Shown here one piece after another: positions 7,409 to 15,391 of a stretch of DNA of 51,556 nucleotides. Made by a program: the position numbers and the translations under genes. The DNA is from Candidatus Niyogibacteria bacterium. GTDB lineage: Bacteria > Patescibacteriota > Minisyncoccia > JACROR01. The stretch covers positions 1 to 51,556 of the forward strand of contig JACROR010000025.1 of assembly GCA_016214345.1 (NCBI GenBank), written 5' to 3'. How positions within the stretch are numbered: position 1 is the stretch's first letter; every line of letters starts with the position of its first letter. The notes below the pieces were generated by a model. That model ran no database searches. It saw only the letters and a list, made by a program, of their open reading frames with translations, and was not told the origin of the DNA.

Positions 7409-9000
7409 AGAGAATATATTCCACGGAAGTTGAATATGGCAGCACGGTCATAAAATTATCCGATGGGAGCTGTCATTTTGATATTCCCGGAAGAGTTGAG
7501 TTAAAAAATGCCATGTTGACCAATGTGGTCAGTTCAAAGCGATTAATGGAGCAAGAATTCCAATTTCCGCAGTTTATGAAAAATGGCAGCAGGGCTTATC
7601 TGGATTTAAATCACATTGAATATGCCGCTCCGGAATGCATTACTCCGGAGGATGCCGTAGCCGCGGAATTGGCCGGCGGCGCTTTGCTTGCGGATGGTTT
7701 GGTTCACGATGGTTTTCGCTTGATTCTGATAAAAGACAATGTGGCTTTAAAAAAGTTTGAAACTGCCGGCAGGGATTATCGGGATGTTGGAAGCTATGCC
7801 GCGTTGCTTACTTCCTATGTTTATGACAGTGAGCAGAGATTGGCTACTTGCGGTTGCCATGAAAATTACTCGTTTAATTTGGATAGGATTGCCCGGCTTG
7901 CGCAATCGCCGTTATCTCCAAAAGAGAATCCCGCTTTTCGATTGGCGCATGCCGATTATTTAGCTCAAAAATTGGCCGCGTTTTTGATTGCCAGGCAGAT
8001 TTTTGCCGGTGCCGGAACTTTTTATTTCGGCAGGCCGTCTATTTCCGTGCGCAGCCTGTTTATTGATATGTTGCATAGCAATATTACTACACAACATAAG
8101 CCTCTCATTAATACCAAAAATGAACCGCATGGCAAAGTTCATCGTCTGCATTTGATTCTGGGAGACGGTAATATGGCGGAAGTCGCGTCTTTTCTTAAGT
8201 TGGGGACTACCGGTTTAGTGCTTCGGCTGCTGGAAGACGATAAAATAGGCCCGTCATTGGAGCTGGAGAATGTTTCTGACGCGACAGCTTTGGTTAAAGA
8301 GATCGCGTTTGATCGCGCTTGCTCCGCACGGTTGCTCAAGATGAAAAATGGCGACTTATTGACTGCCTGCGAATTGCAAAGAAAGTTTTTAGATCTCGCG
8401 GCGAGTCATTATCCCAAGGAAAACGACTCCGAAGCGGTTAGGTGTTCCACGGAAAAAGTATTTGAATGGTGGAATTATGTTTTGGACAAATTGGAGAACG
8501 GTGAAATGAAAGACTTGGTTGGCGTGCTTGATTGGCCGACTAAATTCCATCTTGGGGAATTGCTTTTGAAAAGATACGGGATTGCCATGTCTGATTTGCC
8601 GAAAGCGATTTTGCGGCACGAAAAACGCGCTGAAGTGGCGGCTCGTTTGAGAATGCTGGAACAGAGATACCACGAATTGTCGGAAAACGGATTATCTGCG
8701 CGTTTAAAGGCGCAAGGTATCATGACTCGTATAATTGATCCCGCTAAAATAATTTATTTCAAGGATCATTCTCCCCGAGAAACGCGGGCTTACGGGAGAA
8801 GCGAGTTGCTTAGGTTTGTGGAATCGCGATGTCCCGTTTTTCTCCTAAGAAAGTGCGATTGGGGTCAAATTACTTTGGTAAAAAAAGACGCTGATGAAAC
8901 CATCTCGGAAGTGTTGGAGTTTGAGATGGATGACCCGTTTGTGTCCATGGCCTTGCCAATAGAGCATTTTTTAGTTAAAAATGGTTGGAGAAAGGAGTGA
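7405..9000 (+). CDS. pafA: Pup ligase/deamidase family protein, PafA-like
   Basis: STEVEYG, NGSRAYLDLNHIEYAAPEC, CHENYS, IARQIFAGAG, INTKNEPH, RLHLILGDGNM. Likely GTG start at 7405 after AGGAGG, overlapping the dop stop (GTGA). The track ORF starts at 7390. Confidence 0.8.
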   Translation: MKRIYSTEVEYGSTVIKLSDGSCHFDIPGRVELKNAMLTNVVSSKRLMEQEFQFPQFMKNGSRAYLDLNHIEYAAPECITPEDAVAAELAGGALLADGLVHDGFRLILIKDNVALKKFETAGRDYRDVGSYAALLTSYVYDSEQRLATCGCHENYSFNLDRIARLAQSPLSPKENPAFRLAHADYLAQKLAAFLIARQIFAGAGTFYFGRPSISVRSLFIDMLHSNITTQHKPLINTKNEPHGKVHRLHLILGDGNMAEVASFLKLGTTGLVLRLLEDDKIGPSLELENVSDATALVKEIAFDRACSARLLKMKNGDLLTACELQRKFLDLAASHYPKENDSEAVRCSTEKVFEWWNYVLDKLENGEMKDLVGVLDWPTKFHLGELLLKRYGIAMSDLPKAILRHEKRAEVAARLRMLEQRYHELSENGLSARLKAQGIMTRIIDPAKIIYFKDHSPRETRAYGRSELLRFVESRCPVFLLRKCDWGQITLVKKDADETISEVLEFEMDDPFVSMALPIEHFLVKNGWRKE

Positions 9001-9005
9001 GGGAG

Positions 9006-9638
9006 ATGTTCGACAACTTAAAATCTACTACTGTGGTTTCCGCGGTTTACGGTTCCGGAGCGATTATTGCCGCGGACAGACAGGCCACCGGCGGTCATGA
9101 TTTGCATAAGTTGCCGTACGACGTGTTCAAAATCGTAGGGCTGACTGATTTTGCCATGGCCGGCATATCCGGTTTTCCCAAGACTTTGGAGACTTTGGAA
9201 GAAGTGAAGCGGGTGTTTGGTCTCTGGAAGATTTTATACGATCGGGAGGTGTCTATTGAGGGCCAGTTTAATTTTCTGAAACGGGTGCCTCTGATAGTTC
9301 CTGTGGGCAAAGAAGTAACGGTGAGTGGTATTTTAATGGCTGCTTTTGACCGTGATATTGGCAAGGGCAGAGTATTTTTATTTGATCCCGCGCTTGCTAT
9401 GGAGATTCCCAACTATGCGGCTATCGGCAGTGGCGGTACGGCATGTTTCAGCGCTTTGGAGCTTGGCCAATACCGTACGGATATGCGTTTTGAGGAAGCC
9501 GTCAGGAAAGTTTCCGGGGCGCTCCGATATTCTCATGAACATAATGCCGGAGTGGGAGATAATTTTTTCGGATTTCAATTGGATGCGGGCGGAATTAGGG
9601 AAATTTCTTCTTTGCTTAATGCCAAGGAGGTAGGATAA
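9006..9638 (+). CDS. prcB: 20S proteasome beta subunit (Ntn hydrolase, catalytic Thr)
   Basis: ATG 9006 gives MFDNLKS|TTVVSAVYGSGAIIAADRQATGG, a 7-aa propeptide followed by Thr1, with Asp17 and a Lys in FKI. GSG motif later in the sequence. The track ORF starts at 8985. Confidence 0.85.
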   Translation: MFDNLKSTTVVSAVYGSGAIIAADRQATGGHDLHKLPYDVFKIVGLTDFAMAGISGFPKTLETLEEVKRVFGLWKILYDREVSIEGQFNFLKRVPLIVPVGKEVTVSGILMAAFDRDIGKGRVFLFDPALAMEIPNYAAIGSGGTACFSALELGQYRTDMRFEEAVRKVSGALRYSHEHNAGVGDNFFGFQLDAGGIREISSLLNAKEVG

Positions 9639-10258
9639 TGGATCGTCAGTTTGGCAAAGAAAAGGCGCGTCGCGAATGGGTTGGTTCTAAATTAAAGAAT
9701 GCCGCTCCGATTGCGATAGTTCCTTTTAAGGACGGTTTGGCGGCGGTAACTGCCAAATCGCATTTTCGCAAAGTGCGCGCGGTTGACCAACATATTTTGT
9801 TTGCCGCTACGGGCGAATATGAGAGCGTAAATATATTGCACAGCTGGCTGGTGGAAGACGTGTTACGTATAATAAAAACCTTTTCCGAGCGCGATGTGTT
9901 TATGGAATCGGTTGTGGATAATCCAGACGGAGCAATAGCGCATGTGGCGCGCGCGTTTTATTCGGATCCGGTAGTCGCGGAATTAGCGCTGTTGTTTGCG
10001 GAAAAAGGGAAATTTTTCGGTGTGGTGATCAATTCGTTTGGAGAACGGAAATATTTAGACGGCGATGGCGCGGTTATCGGAGGCAAACCCGAAATGGGAG
10101 AATTGCTTACGAAGAAATTACGCGAAGCTCCGCCGTCCACGGAAAAAGAAGCTGTCGCGCTGGCAGCCGAAGTTTTGAAAATAAATGGCGAACAGCGTGA
10201 ATGGGAAGTCGGAGTTTTGTCCGGTTCCGGCATAAGGTTTACGAGAGGAGGAGAATAA
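9638..10258 (+). CDS. prcA: 20S proteasome alpha subunit (short, 206 aa)
   Basis: Proteasome-fold paralog without an N-terminal Thr. It directly follows prcB with a TAATG overlap. Assignment rests on position plus weak similarity. Confidence 0.7.
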   Translation: MDRQFGKEKARREWVGSKLKNAAPIAIVPFKDGLAAVTAKSHFRKVRAVDQHILFAATGEYESVNILHSWLVEDVLRIIKTFSERDVFMESVVDNPDGAIAHVARAFYSDPVVAELALLFAEKGKFFGVVINSFGERKYLDGDGAVIGGKPEMGELLTKKLREAPPSTEKEAVALAAEVLKINGEQREWEVGVLSGSGIRFTRGGE

Positions 10259-10422
10259 TGGGCGATCAGGATCGCAAAACGCGAAGGCGCCCGCCCGGCG
10301 TTAAACCGCCGAGCGAGGAAGATAAGCGCGAACAGGATAAGGAGATAGATAAGGGCATAGACGATCTTCTGAAAGAAGATGAAGATCTGGCACAGAGACG
10401 GAAAGAAGAAGAAGGGGAATAA
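10258..10422 (+). CDS. pup: Pup/UBact-like prokaryotic ubiquitin-like tag, C-terminal Gly-Glu
   Basis: 54 aa, 33 of them charged, with no hydrophobic core. IDKGIDDLLKEDEDL resembles the Mpa-binding helix of Pup. Ends ...EEGE. The ATG overlaps the prcA stop (TAATG). The track ORF start at 10201 lies inside prcA. Confidence 0.7.
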   Translation: MGDQDRKTRRRPPGVKPPSEEDKREQDKEIDKGIDDLLKEDEDLAQRRKEEEGE

Positions 10423-10446
10423 TTGTTCTTTGCAGAATTTTTATAA

Positions 10447-10482
10447 AAATCCCGCTATGATATGGCGGGATTTTTTTTTATT
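10447..10482 (+). terminator. rho-independent terminator of the proteasome operon
   Basis: Hairpin aatcccgc-tatgatatg-gcgggatt followed by a T9 run. Confidence 0.8.
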
Positions 10483-10494
10483 TTGTAAGATAAG

Positions 10495-12033
10495 ATGATG
10501 CCTTACGAATATTTAAATATAGCTACGGCGCGGGATCTCTCCGGCCAAGATCGCTTGATTTACCGTTTTTTTGAAATCATTCCCGGTTTGCTTTCCTGGG
10601 GAACTATCGCGGGGGCGATTATTTTTTCCTGGCTTTGGCCTGTTGGAATGGCGATATTCATTATCATTTTTGATATTTATTGGCTGATCAAAACCGCGTA
10701 TCTTTCAGCGCATTTGCGCGTGAATTGGCAGAGATTGCGTCATAATTTAGGCGCTGATTGGAAGTTAAAATTAGAAAATTTCAAATACGGTCACATTTGG
10801 CAGTTGGTGCTTCTGCCCATGTACCGAGAAGACCAAGAGGTGATAGAAGAGTCTTTGAATAAAATTATGGAAAGCAAATGGCCCCAGGAGCGGATGATAA
10901 TTGTTCTGGCGATTGAAGAGCGGGCCGGAGAGTACGCGCGGACAGTCGCGGAGGATGTGCAAAAAAAACATGCCGCGCGCTTCGCCCATTTTTTAGTAGT
11001 GTCGCATCCCGCGGATATGCCGGGCGAAATTCCCGGAAAGGGATCCAATATAGCTTTCGCGGCGCGGATGGTTAAAGAAAAAATTATAGATCCGGCCGGG
11101 ATTCCGCATGAAGATATTTTGGTTTCCGCTTTTGACATAGACACCCAGATTTATCCGCAATACTTTTTTTGTCTTACTTACCATTTTTTGACCGCGGACA
11201 ATCCGCATCGCGTGTCTTTTCAGCCGGTGCCTGTTTATAACAATAATATCTGGCAAGTGCCGGCGCTTTCCCGCGTGGTTGCCACCTCGGGAACTTTTTG
11301 GCAAATGATGCAGCAGGAAAGGCCTGAAAGATTGACCACATTTTCTTCGCATGCATTGAGTTTTAAGGCTCTGGAAGATATCGGTTATTGGCAAAAAAAT
11401 ATGGTATCCGAAGATTCGCGCATTTTTTGGAAAGCCTTTTTGCGTTTTGACGGAAATTACGGAGTGGTGCCGTTATCTTATCCCATTTCTTTGGACGCCA
11501 ACGCGGGAAGTAATTTTTGGTCTACGATCAAAAATGTATATAAACAACAGCGCCGCTGGACCTGGGGCGTGGAAAATCTTCCTTATTTTATGTTTGGCTG
11601 TCTGAAAAATAAAAAAATGCCTTTAGGCAAAAAGATTCGCGCGCTTTTATATCAATTGGAGGGTTTTTGGTCATTAACGACCAATCCGCTTTTAATTTTT
11701 ATATTGGGATGGCTGCCGCTTTTTTTGGGAGGGCAGGAGTTTAATGAGATGCTTTTATCTTATAATTTGCCGCGCGTGACGCGGACCTTGATGAGTATTG
11801 CCATGACCGGACTTATTGCTTCGGCGATTATTTCCACAAACCTGCTTCCGTCACGTCCGCCGCGTGCCCGCAAATCCAGCTATCTTTTTATGGTATTGCA
11901 GTGGCTTTTGATTCCCGTGACTATAATATTTTTTGGAGCGATTCCCGGATTGGACGCCCAGACGCGCCTGATGTTTGGCAAATATATGGGTTTTTGGGTA
12001 ACGCCCAAAGGGCGGCAACCAAAAGTTGGTTAG
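10495..12033 (+). CDS. membrane-embedded family 2 glycosyltransferase (processive, cellulose/chitin-synthase-like)
   Basis: 512 aa with multiple TM segments flanking a cytoplasmic GT-A domain. FDIDT (D-x-D-like) and the QQRRW (QxxRW) motif. Confidence 0.6.
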   Translation: MMPYEYLNIATARDLSGQDRLIYRFFEIIPGLLSWGTIAGAIIFSWLWPVGMAIFIIIFDIYWLIKTAYLSAHLRVNWQRLRHNLGADWKLKLENFKYGHIWQLVLLPMYREDQEVIEESLNKIMESKWPQERMIIVLAIEERAGEYARTVAEDVQKKHAARFAHFLVVSHPADMPGEIPGKGSNIAFAARMVKEKIIDPAGIPHEDILVSAFDIDTQIYPQYFFCLTYHFLTADNPHRVSFQPVPVYNNNIWQVPALSRVVATSGTFWQMMQQERPERLTTFSSHALSFKALEDIGYWQKNMVSEDSRIFWKAFLRFDGNYGVVPLSYPISLDANAGSNFWSTIKNVYKQQRRWTWGVENLPYFMFGCLKNKKMPLGKKIRALLYQLEGFWSLTTNPLLIFILGWLPLFLGGQEFNEMLLSYNLPRVTRTLMSIAMTGLIASAIISTNLLPSRPPRARKSSYLFMVLQWLLIPVTIIFFGAIPGLDAQTRLMFGKYMGFWVTPKGRQPKVG

Positions 12034-12406
12034 CTTCTCTTGTTTTATTTGGAATTATGAAACTCTGTTTTAGACGCGCTTATTTTTCCAGCGGAAATAA
12101 GCTTTGTCCTCGGCGCTGGGTTTTTTGGTTCGCTTCGCGGATATTTATTATAATAACTTTTAATTATAAAACTCCGTTAAATGTGAAGAAATTGATTTTT
12201 TGCATCAATCAAGGGGGTTTCCATTTGGGTCGTGTTAGCGACCTTTCTAAAATAGGGGGGTTGTAAGTGCTCCCCCTTGCCTGATGAAAAAATCAATTTT
12301 GGAGCACTAAAGTGCTGCGTTTTGTAACCAATTGCTTTGCTCTTGGACAAAACGGGAGCATAGGAGTTTTGTAATTCAAAGTAGCCAAAAAAACACCAAG
12401 CCCAGC

Positions 12407-12428
12407 GCCTGCCTGCCGGCAGGCAGGC
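12407..12428. repeat. perfect 22-bp palindrome of element family A; likely recG terminator
   Basis: gcctgcctgccggcaggcaggc lies 42 nt 3' of the recG stop. On the minus strand a T7 run follows about 12 nt later. Confidence 0.7.
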
Positions 12429-12469
12429 CTGCGGGCGGTCTCACAACAGAGCTTCGTAATTTAAGTATT

Positions 12470-14575
12470 TTATTCAAAATGCGCGTTTTGAGCGCGATTT
12501 TCCATGCGCGTTTTTAACGCGGGATATTTTTTGAGTTCCAAATCTTTTTGCAGAAGTATGCGCGCTTCATTCCTCGCTGCTTCAACCATTTTCAGATTTT
12601 TCAGGGCTTCCATTCCTATGTCGGATATGCCCCATTGTTTTTTTCCGGACAGTTCTCCGGTGCCGCGGAATTCCAGGTCATATTCCGCAAGTTCAAAGCC
12701 GTTTTCGGCCTTGGTCAGGGCGGCCAGACGGTCGGCGGTTTTTTTGCTTTCTGATTCGGTAAAAATAAAGCAATGGGGCTCATGCGCGCTTCTCACTACG
12801 CGTCCGCGCAGTTGATGAAGTTGCGCCAGGCCGAATCGTTCCGCGCCCTCAATCAATATTATGGTGGCATTGGGCACGTTAACTCCCACTTCTATAACCG
12901 AGGTTGCCACGAGAATGTTGGTTTTGCCGTCTCGGAATTCATTCATCGCTTTTTCTTTTTCCGGAGGAGTCATTTTTCCATGGAGCATGCCGATTTTAAA
13001 TTCCGGAAAAATTTCTTGCGCGAGTTTTTTATGTTCTTCTTTTACGGCTTTCAGATTCAGCGAAAGCAGTGAATCGGCTTTTTCTTCGCCGGGATTTATT
13101 CTTGGGCATACCACATACGCTTGCCTGCCTTTAGATATTTCTTGCCGCATTTTTTCATAAGCGATAAGCCTCTCGTGCGGCGGTACTATTTCGGTAATTA
13201 TTTTTTTTCTGGACGGAGGCATTTCATCCAAGAGCGTCAAATCAAGGTCGCCATAGATAGTTAAAGCGAGAGTTCGCGGTATGGGTGTGGCGGTCATGCT
13301 AAGCAGATGAGGCATCACCTCTTTTTCTTTTTTGGTGAGTCGGCCGCGCTGTGAAATTCCGAAACGATGTTGTTCATCCACGATAACCAAAGCGAGATTT
13401 TTGAAACGGACTTTGTCTTGGATTAGGGCGTGCGTTCCTATAAGCATCGGGGTTTCGCCTTGAAGCGTCCAGCGCAGGAGCTGGGATTTGGAAATGTGCG
13501 TGGCTTCATTCGGTCTGACTTTGGAGGGAAATTTCAGGCACTCGGAAGAGGTGATCATTCCTATTTTTATTTTCTCTCCCATGGCAGAAAATCTCTCCGT
13601 AAATTCTTTGAAATGTTGGCGCGCGAGGATTTCGGTAGGCGCCATGTAGGCGACTTGGTAGCCATTTTTAATGGTTGCGTAACTCGCGGCCGCGGCCACT
13701 ACGGTTTTGCCGGATCCCACGTCTCCTTCCAGGAGGCGCGCCATGGGCGAAGGGCCGCGGAGGTCCTCTAAAATATCTTGAACGGCTTTATTTTGAGCGT
13801 TGGTAAGTTGGTAGGGCAGGGATTCCAGAAAATCAAGAACATCCGTGTCAACGATGGAGAGAGCGGGCTTTTCGTCGCGCAACATTTTTTCTTTCACGCG
13901 GGAAAGCTGTATCAAAAATATTTCTTCAAACGCGAATCTTTTGCGCGCGGCCTGGGCGTCGTTTAAGTTCCGCGGCGTATGTATATATAGAAGAGAGTCG
14001 CGCAAATTGGGCAAATGATATTTTTTCAAAATTTCCGGCGGTATCAAGTCATGGTAGGCGTCGGGATCTAATTGCGCGAGAGTTTTGCGTATGGCGTATT
14101 GGAGCCACCGCGATGACAGCCCCCTGGTTTCAGGATAAATGGGACTCAAAGCGTTTTCTTGGTAATTTTCTTTCGCGGCGATAAACGAATAATTCGGATT
14201 GGAGAAATATAGTCCGCGCCCATCTTCTTGCACTGTTCCAAAAATAGAGGCATTAACCCCTTTTTTCAAAGCATGGGCGATATACGGCTGATGGAACCAG
14301 ATGGCGCGGATTACGCCCGTGCCGTCGCTTAACTCAATTTCGGCGATGCGCAACTTTTTTTTCCAAGTTTTTCCAAGTTTAGAAGCTATTATTTTGCCGG
14401 ACACCTCGGCTTTGTCGCCCTTGCTTAAATCCGCGATGCTTTTGACGGGCAACACATTTTCGTAGCGGGCGGGGAAATGCCAAAGCAGGTCGCGTACGGC
14501 GAGGATGCCAAATTTTTCCAGCGTTTTTTCTTGCGCGGGCTTTAGGTGGAGATAGTTTTTGATGGGTCTATCCAT
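12470..14575 (-). CDS. recG: ATP-dependent DNA helicase RecG
   Basis: 701 aa. Wedge/OB N-terminus, helicase motifs GDVGSGKT, DEQHRFG, SMTATPIPRT, QLHQLRGRVVR. Confidence 0.93.
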   Translation of the reverse strand: MDRPIKNYLHLKPAQEKTLEKFGILAVRDLLWHFPARYENVLPVKSIADLSKGDKAEVSGKIIASKLGKTWKKKLRIAEIELSDGTGVIRAIWFHQPYIAHALKKGVNASIFGTVQEDGRGLYFSNPNYSFIAAKENYQENALSPIYPETRGLSSRWLQYAIRKTLAQLDPDAYHDLIPPEILKKYHLPNLRDSLLYIHTPRNLNDAQAARKRFAFEEIFLIQLSRVKEKMLRDEKPALSIVDTDVLDFLESLPYQLTNAQNKAVQDILEDLRGPSPMARLLEGDVGSGKTVVAAAASYATIKNGYQVAYMAPTEILARQHFKEFTERFSAMGEKIKIGMITSSECLKFPSKVRPNEATHISKSQLLRWTLQGETPMLIGTHALIQDKVRFKNLALVIVDEQHRFGISQRGRLTKKEKEVMPHLLSMTATPIPRTLALTIYGDLDLTLLDEMPPSRKKIITEIVPPHERLIAYEKMRQEISKGRQAYVVCPRINPGEEKADSLLSLNLKAVKEEHKKLAQEIFPEFKIGMLHGKMTPPEKEKAMNEFRDGKTNILVATSVIEVGVNVPNATIILIEGAERFGLAQLHQLRGRVVRSAHEPHCFIFTESESKKTADRLAALTKAENGFELAEYDLEFRGTGELSGKKQWGISDIGMEALKNLKMVEAARNEARILLQKDLELKKYPALKTRMENRAQNAHFE

Positions 14576-14597
14576 TGATATGGCTTTATTTGAATTA

Positions 14598-14669
14598 TGC
14601 CCTCAGTAGGAATCGAACCTACATCGCAAGCTCCGCAAGCTTGCGTCCTGTCCATTGAACGATGAGGGC
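14598..14669 (-). tRNA. tRNA-Arg, anticodon GCG
   Basis: 72-nt cloverleaf on the minus strand. Acceptor GCCCTCA/TGAGGGC, anticodon arm CAAGC-TTGCGGA-GCTTG, T arm GTAGG-TTCGATT-CCTAC, discriminator A. Confidence 0.85.
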
Positions 14670-14696
14670 GATTATTTATTTATAAATGTTATGGCT

Positions 14697-14752
14697 GTGC
14701 CTGTCCATTGCCCGCCCGAGGCGGGTCAGCCTTGGGCTGAAACGATGAGGGC
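14697..14752 (-). pseudogene. truncated copy of the tRNA-Arg 5' end (acceptor + D arm) with a 30-nt double-hairpin insertion in the D loop
   Basis: On the plus strand, cctgtccattg + cccgcccgaggcgggtcagccttgggctga (14711-14740) + aacgatgagggc. The flanks are identical to tRNA-Arg nt 1-23. There is no anticodon or T arm. Confidence 0.6.
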
Positions 14753-14856
14753 GTATAATTAAAATTTTCAATTTTATAATACACAATTTTCAAACGCGAA
14801 ACAATAAAAGCAGGGTTTGGAAATTAGAAATTAATAATTGTAAATTATCGTTGATA

Positions 14857-15360
14857 TCAGAATCCTATGAATCGGGAGAGCGATTCCGCGATGCTTTCCG
14901 TATGCGGCTCTTCGGCTACGAATTTTACGAGGTGCCCGCGTATTTTATTGGGGTCCGTATCGCCGGTGGGAACAACCATCCTCGGCATGAATAATTTTTT
15001 GGAAATTATTCCTATTTCTTTTTGATGCGGCGGATTGTAATGAACCCAAAAAGATTCCAAATCTTCGTAAGGGAAAATTCGCTTGTCTATTTTCAATCCG
15101 CGCGTGGTTACCGCGAAATTGGTCATATTTGGTTTTCTCGCGCTAAATAACGCCATACTGAATCCGGACAGAAGGATTATAATAACGAAAAGAAAATTTT
15201 GCATCCAGATGCCCATGATGATGAAAATTGCCGCGACAATTCCCATTGCCCAATACCATTCGTTGGTTTTAACGGAGTGATTGTATTCCGGCGCTTCCCA
15301 CTCTATAAGCGCGTTTGTCGTCGTTGTCTTAGTGTCTGTTTTAATCGTGGTGTCTATCAT
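14857..15360 (-). CDS. hypothetical membrane protein (two TM helices plus a C-terminal soluble domain)
   Basis: 167-aa ORF with a hydrophobic pair at WYWAMGIVAAIFIIMGIWMQNFLFVIIILLSGF. No recognised motif. Confidence 0.55.
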   Translation of the reverse strand: MIDTTIKTDTKTTTTNALIEWEAPEYNHSVKTNEWYWAMGIVAAIFIIMGIWMQNFLFVIIILLSGFSMALFSARKPNMTNFAVTTRGLKIDKRIFPYEDLESFWVHYNPPHQKEIGIISKKLFMPRMVVPTGDTDPNKIRGHLVKFVAEEPHTESIAESLSRFIGF

Positions 15361-15391
15361 AATAGTATTTTAACTCATTCGCGGTTTAGTG

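Noticed and set aside
10201-10257. N-terminal extension of the Pup-like ORF to 10201
   Set aside because: The extension overlaps the 3' end of prcA in another frame. ATG 10258 follows a GGAGGAG RBS and gives the TAATG coupling also seen at prcB/prcA.
11901-12517. ORFs 11901..12266 and 12332..12517 in the GT2/recG convergent region
   Set aside because: They overlap the ends of the flanking genes, lack an RBS, and are made of hairpin and repeat modules (CLPAGRPAG is the translated palindrome).
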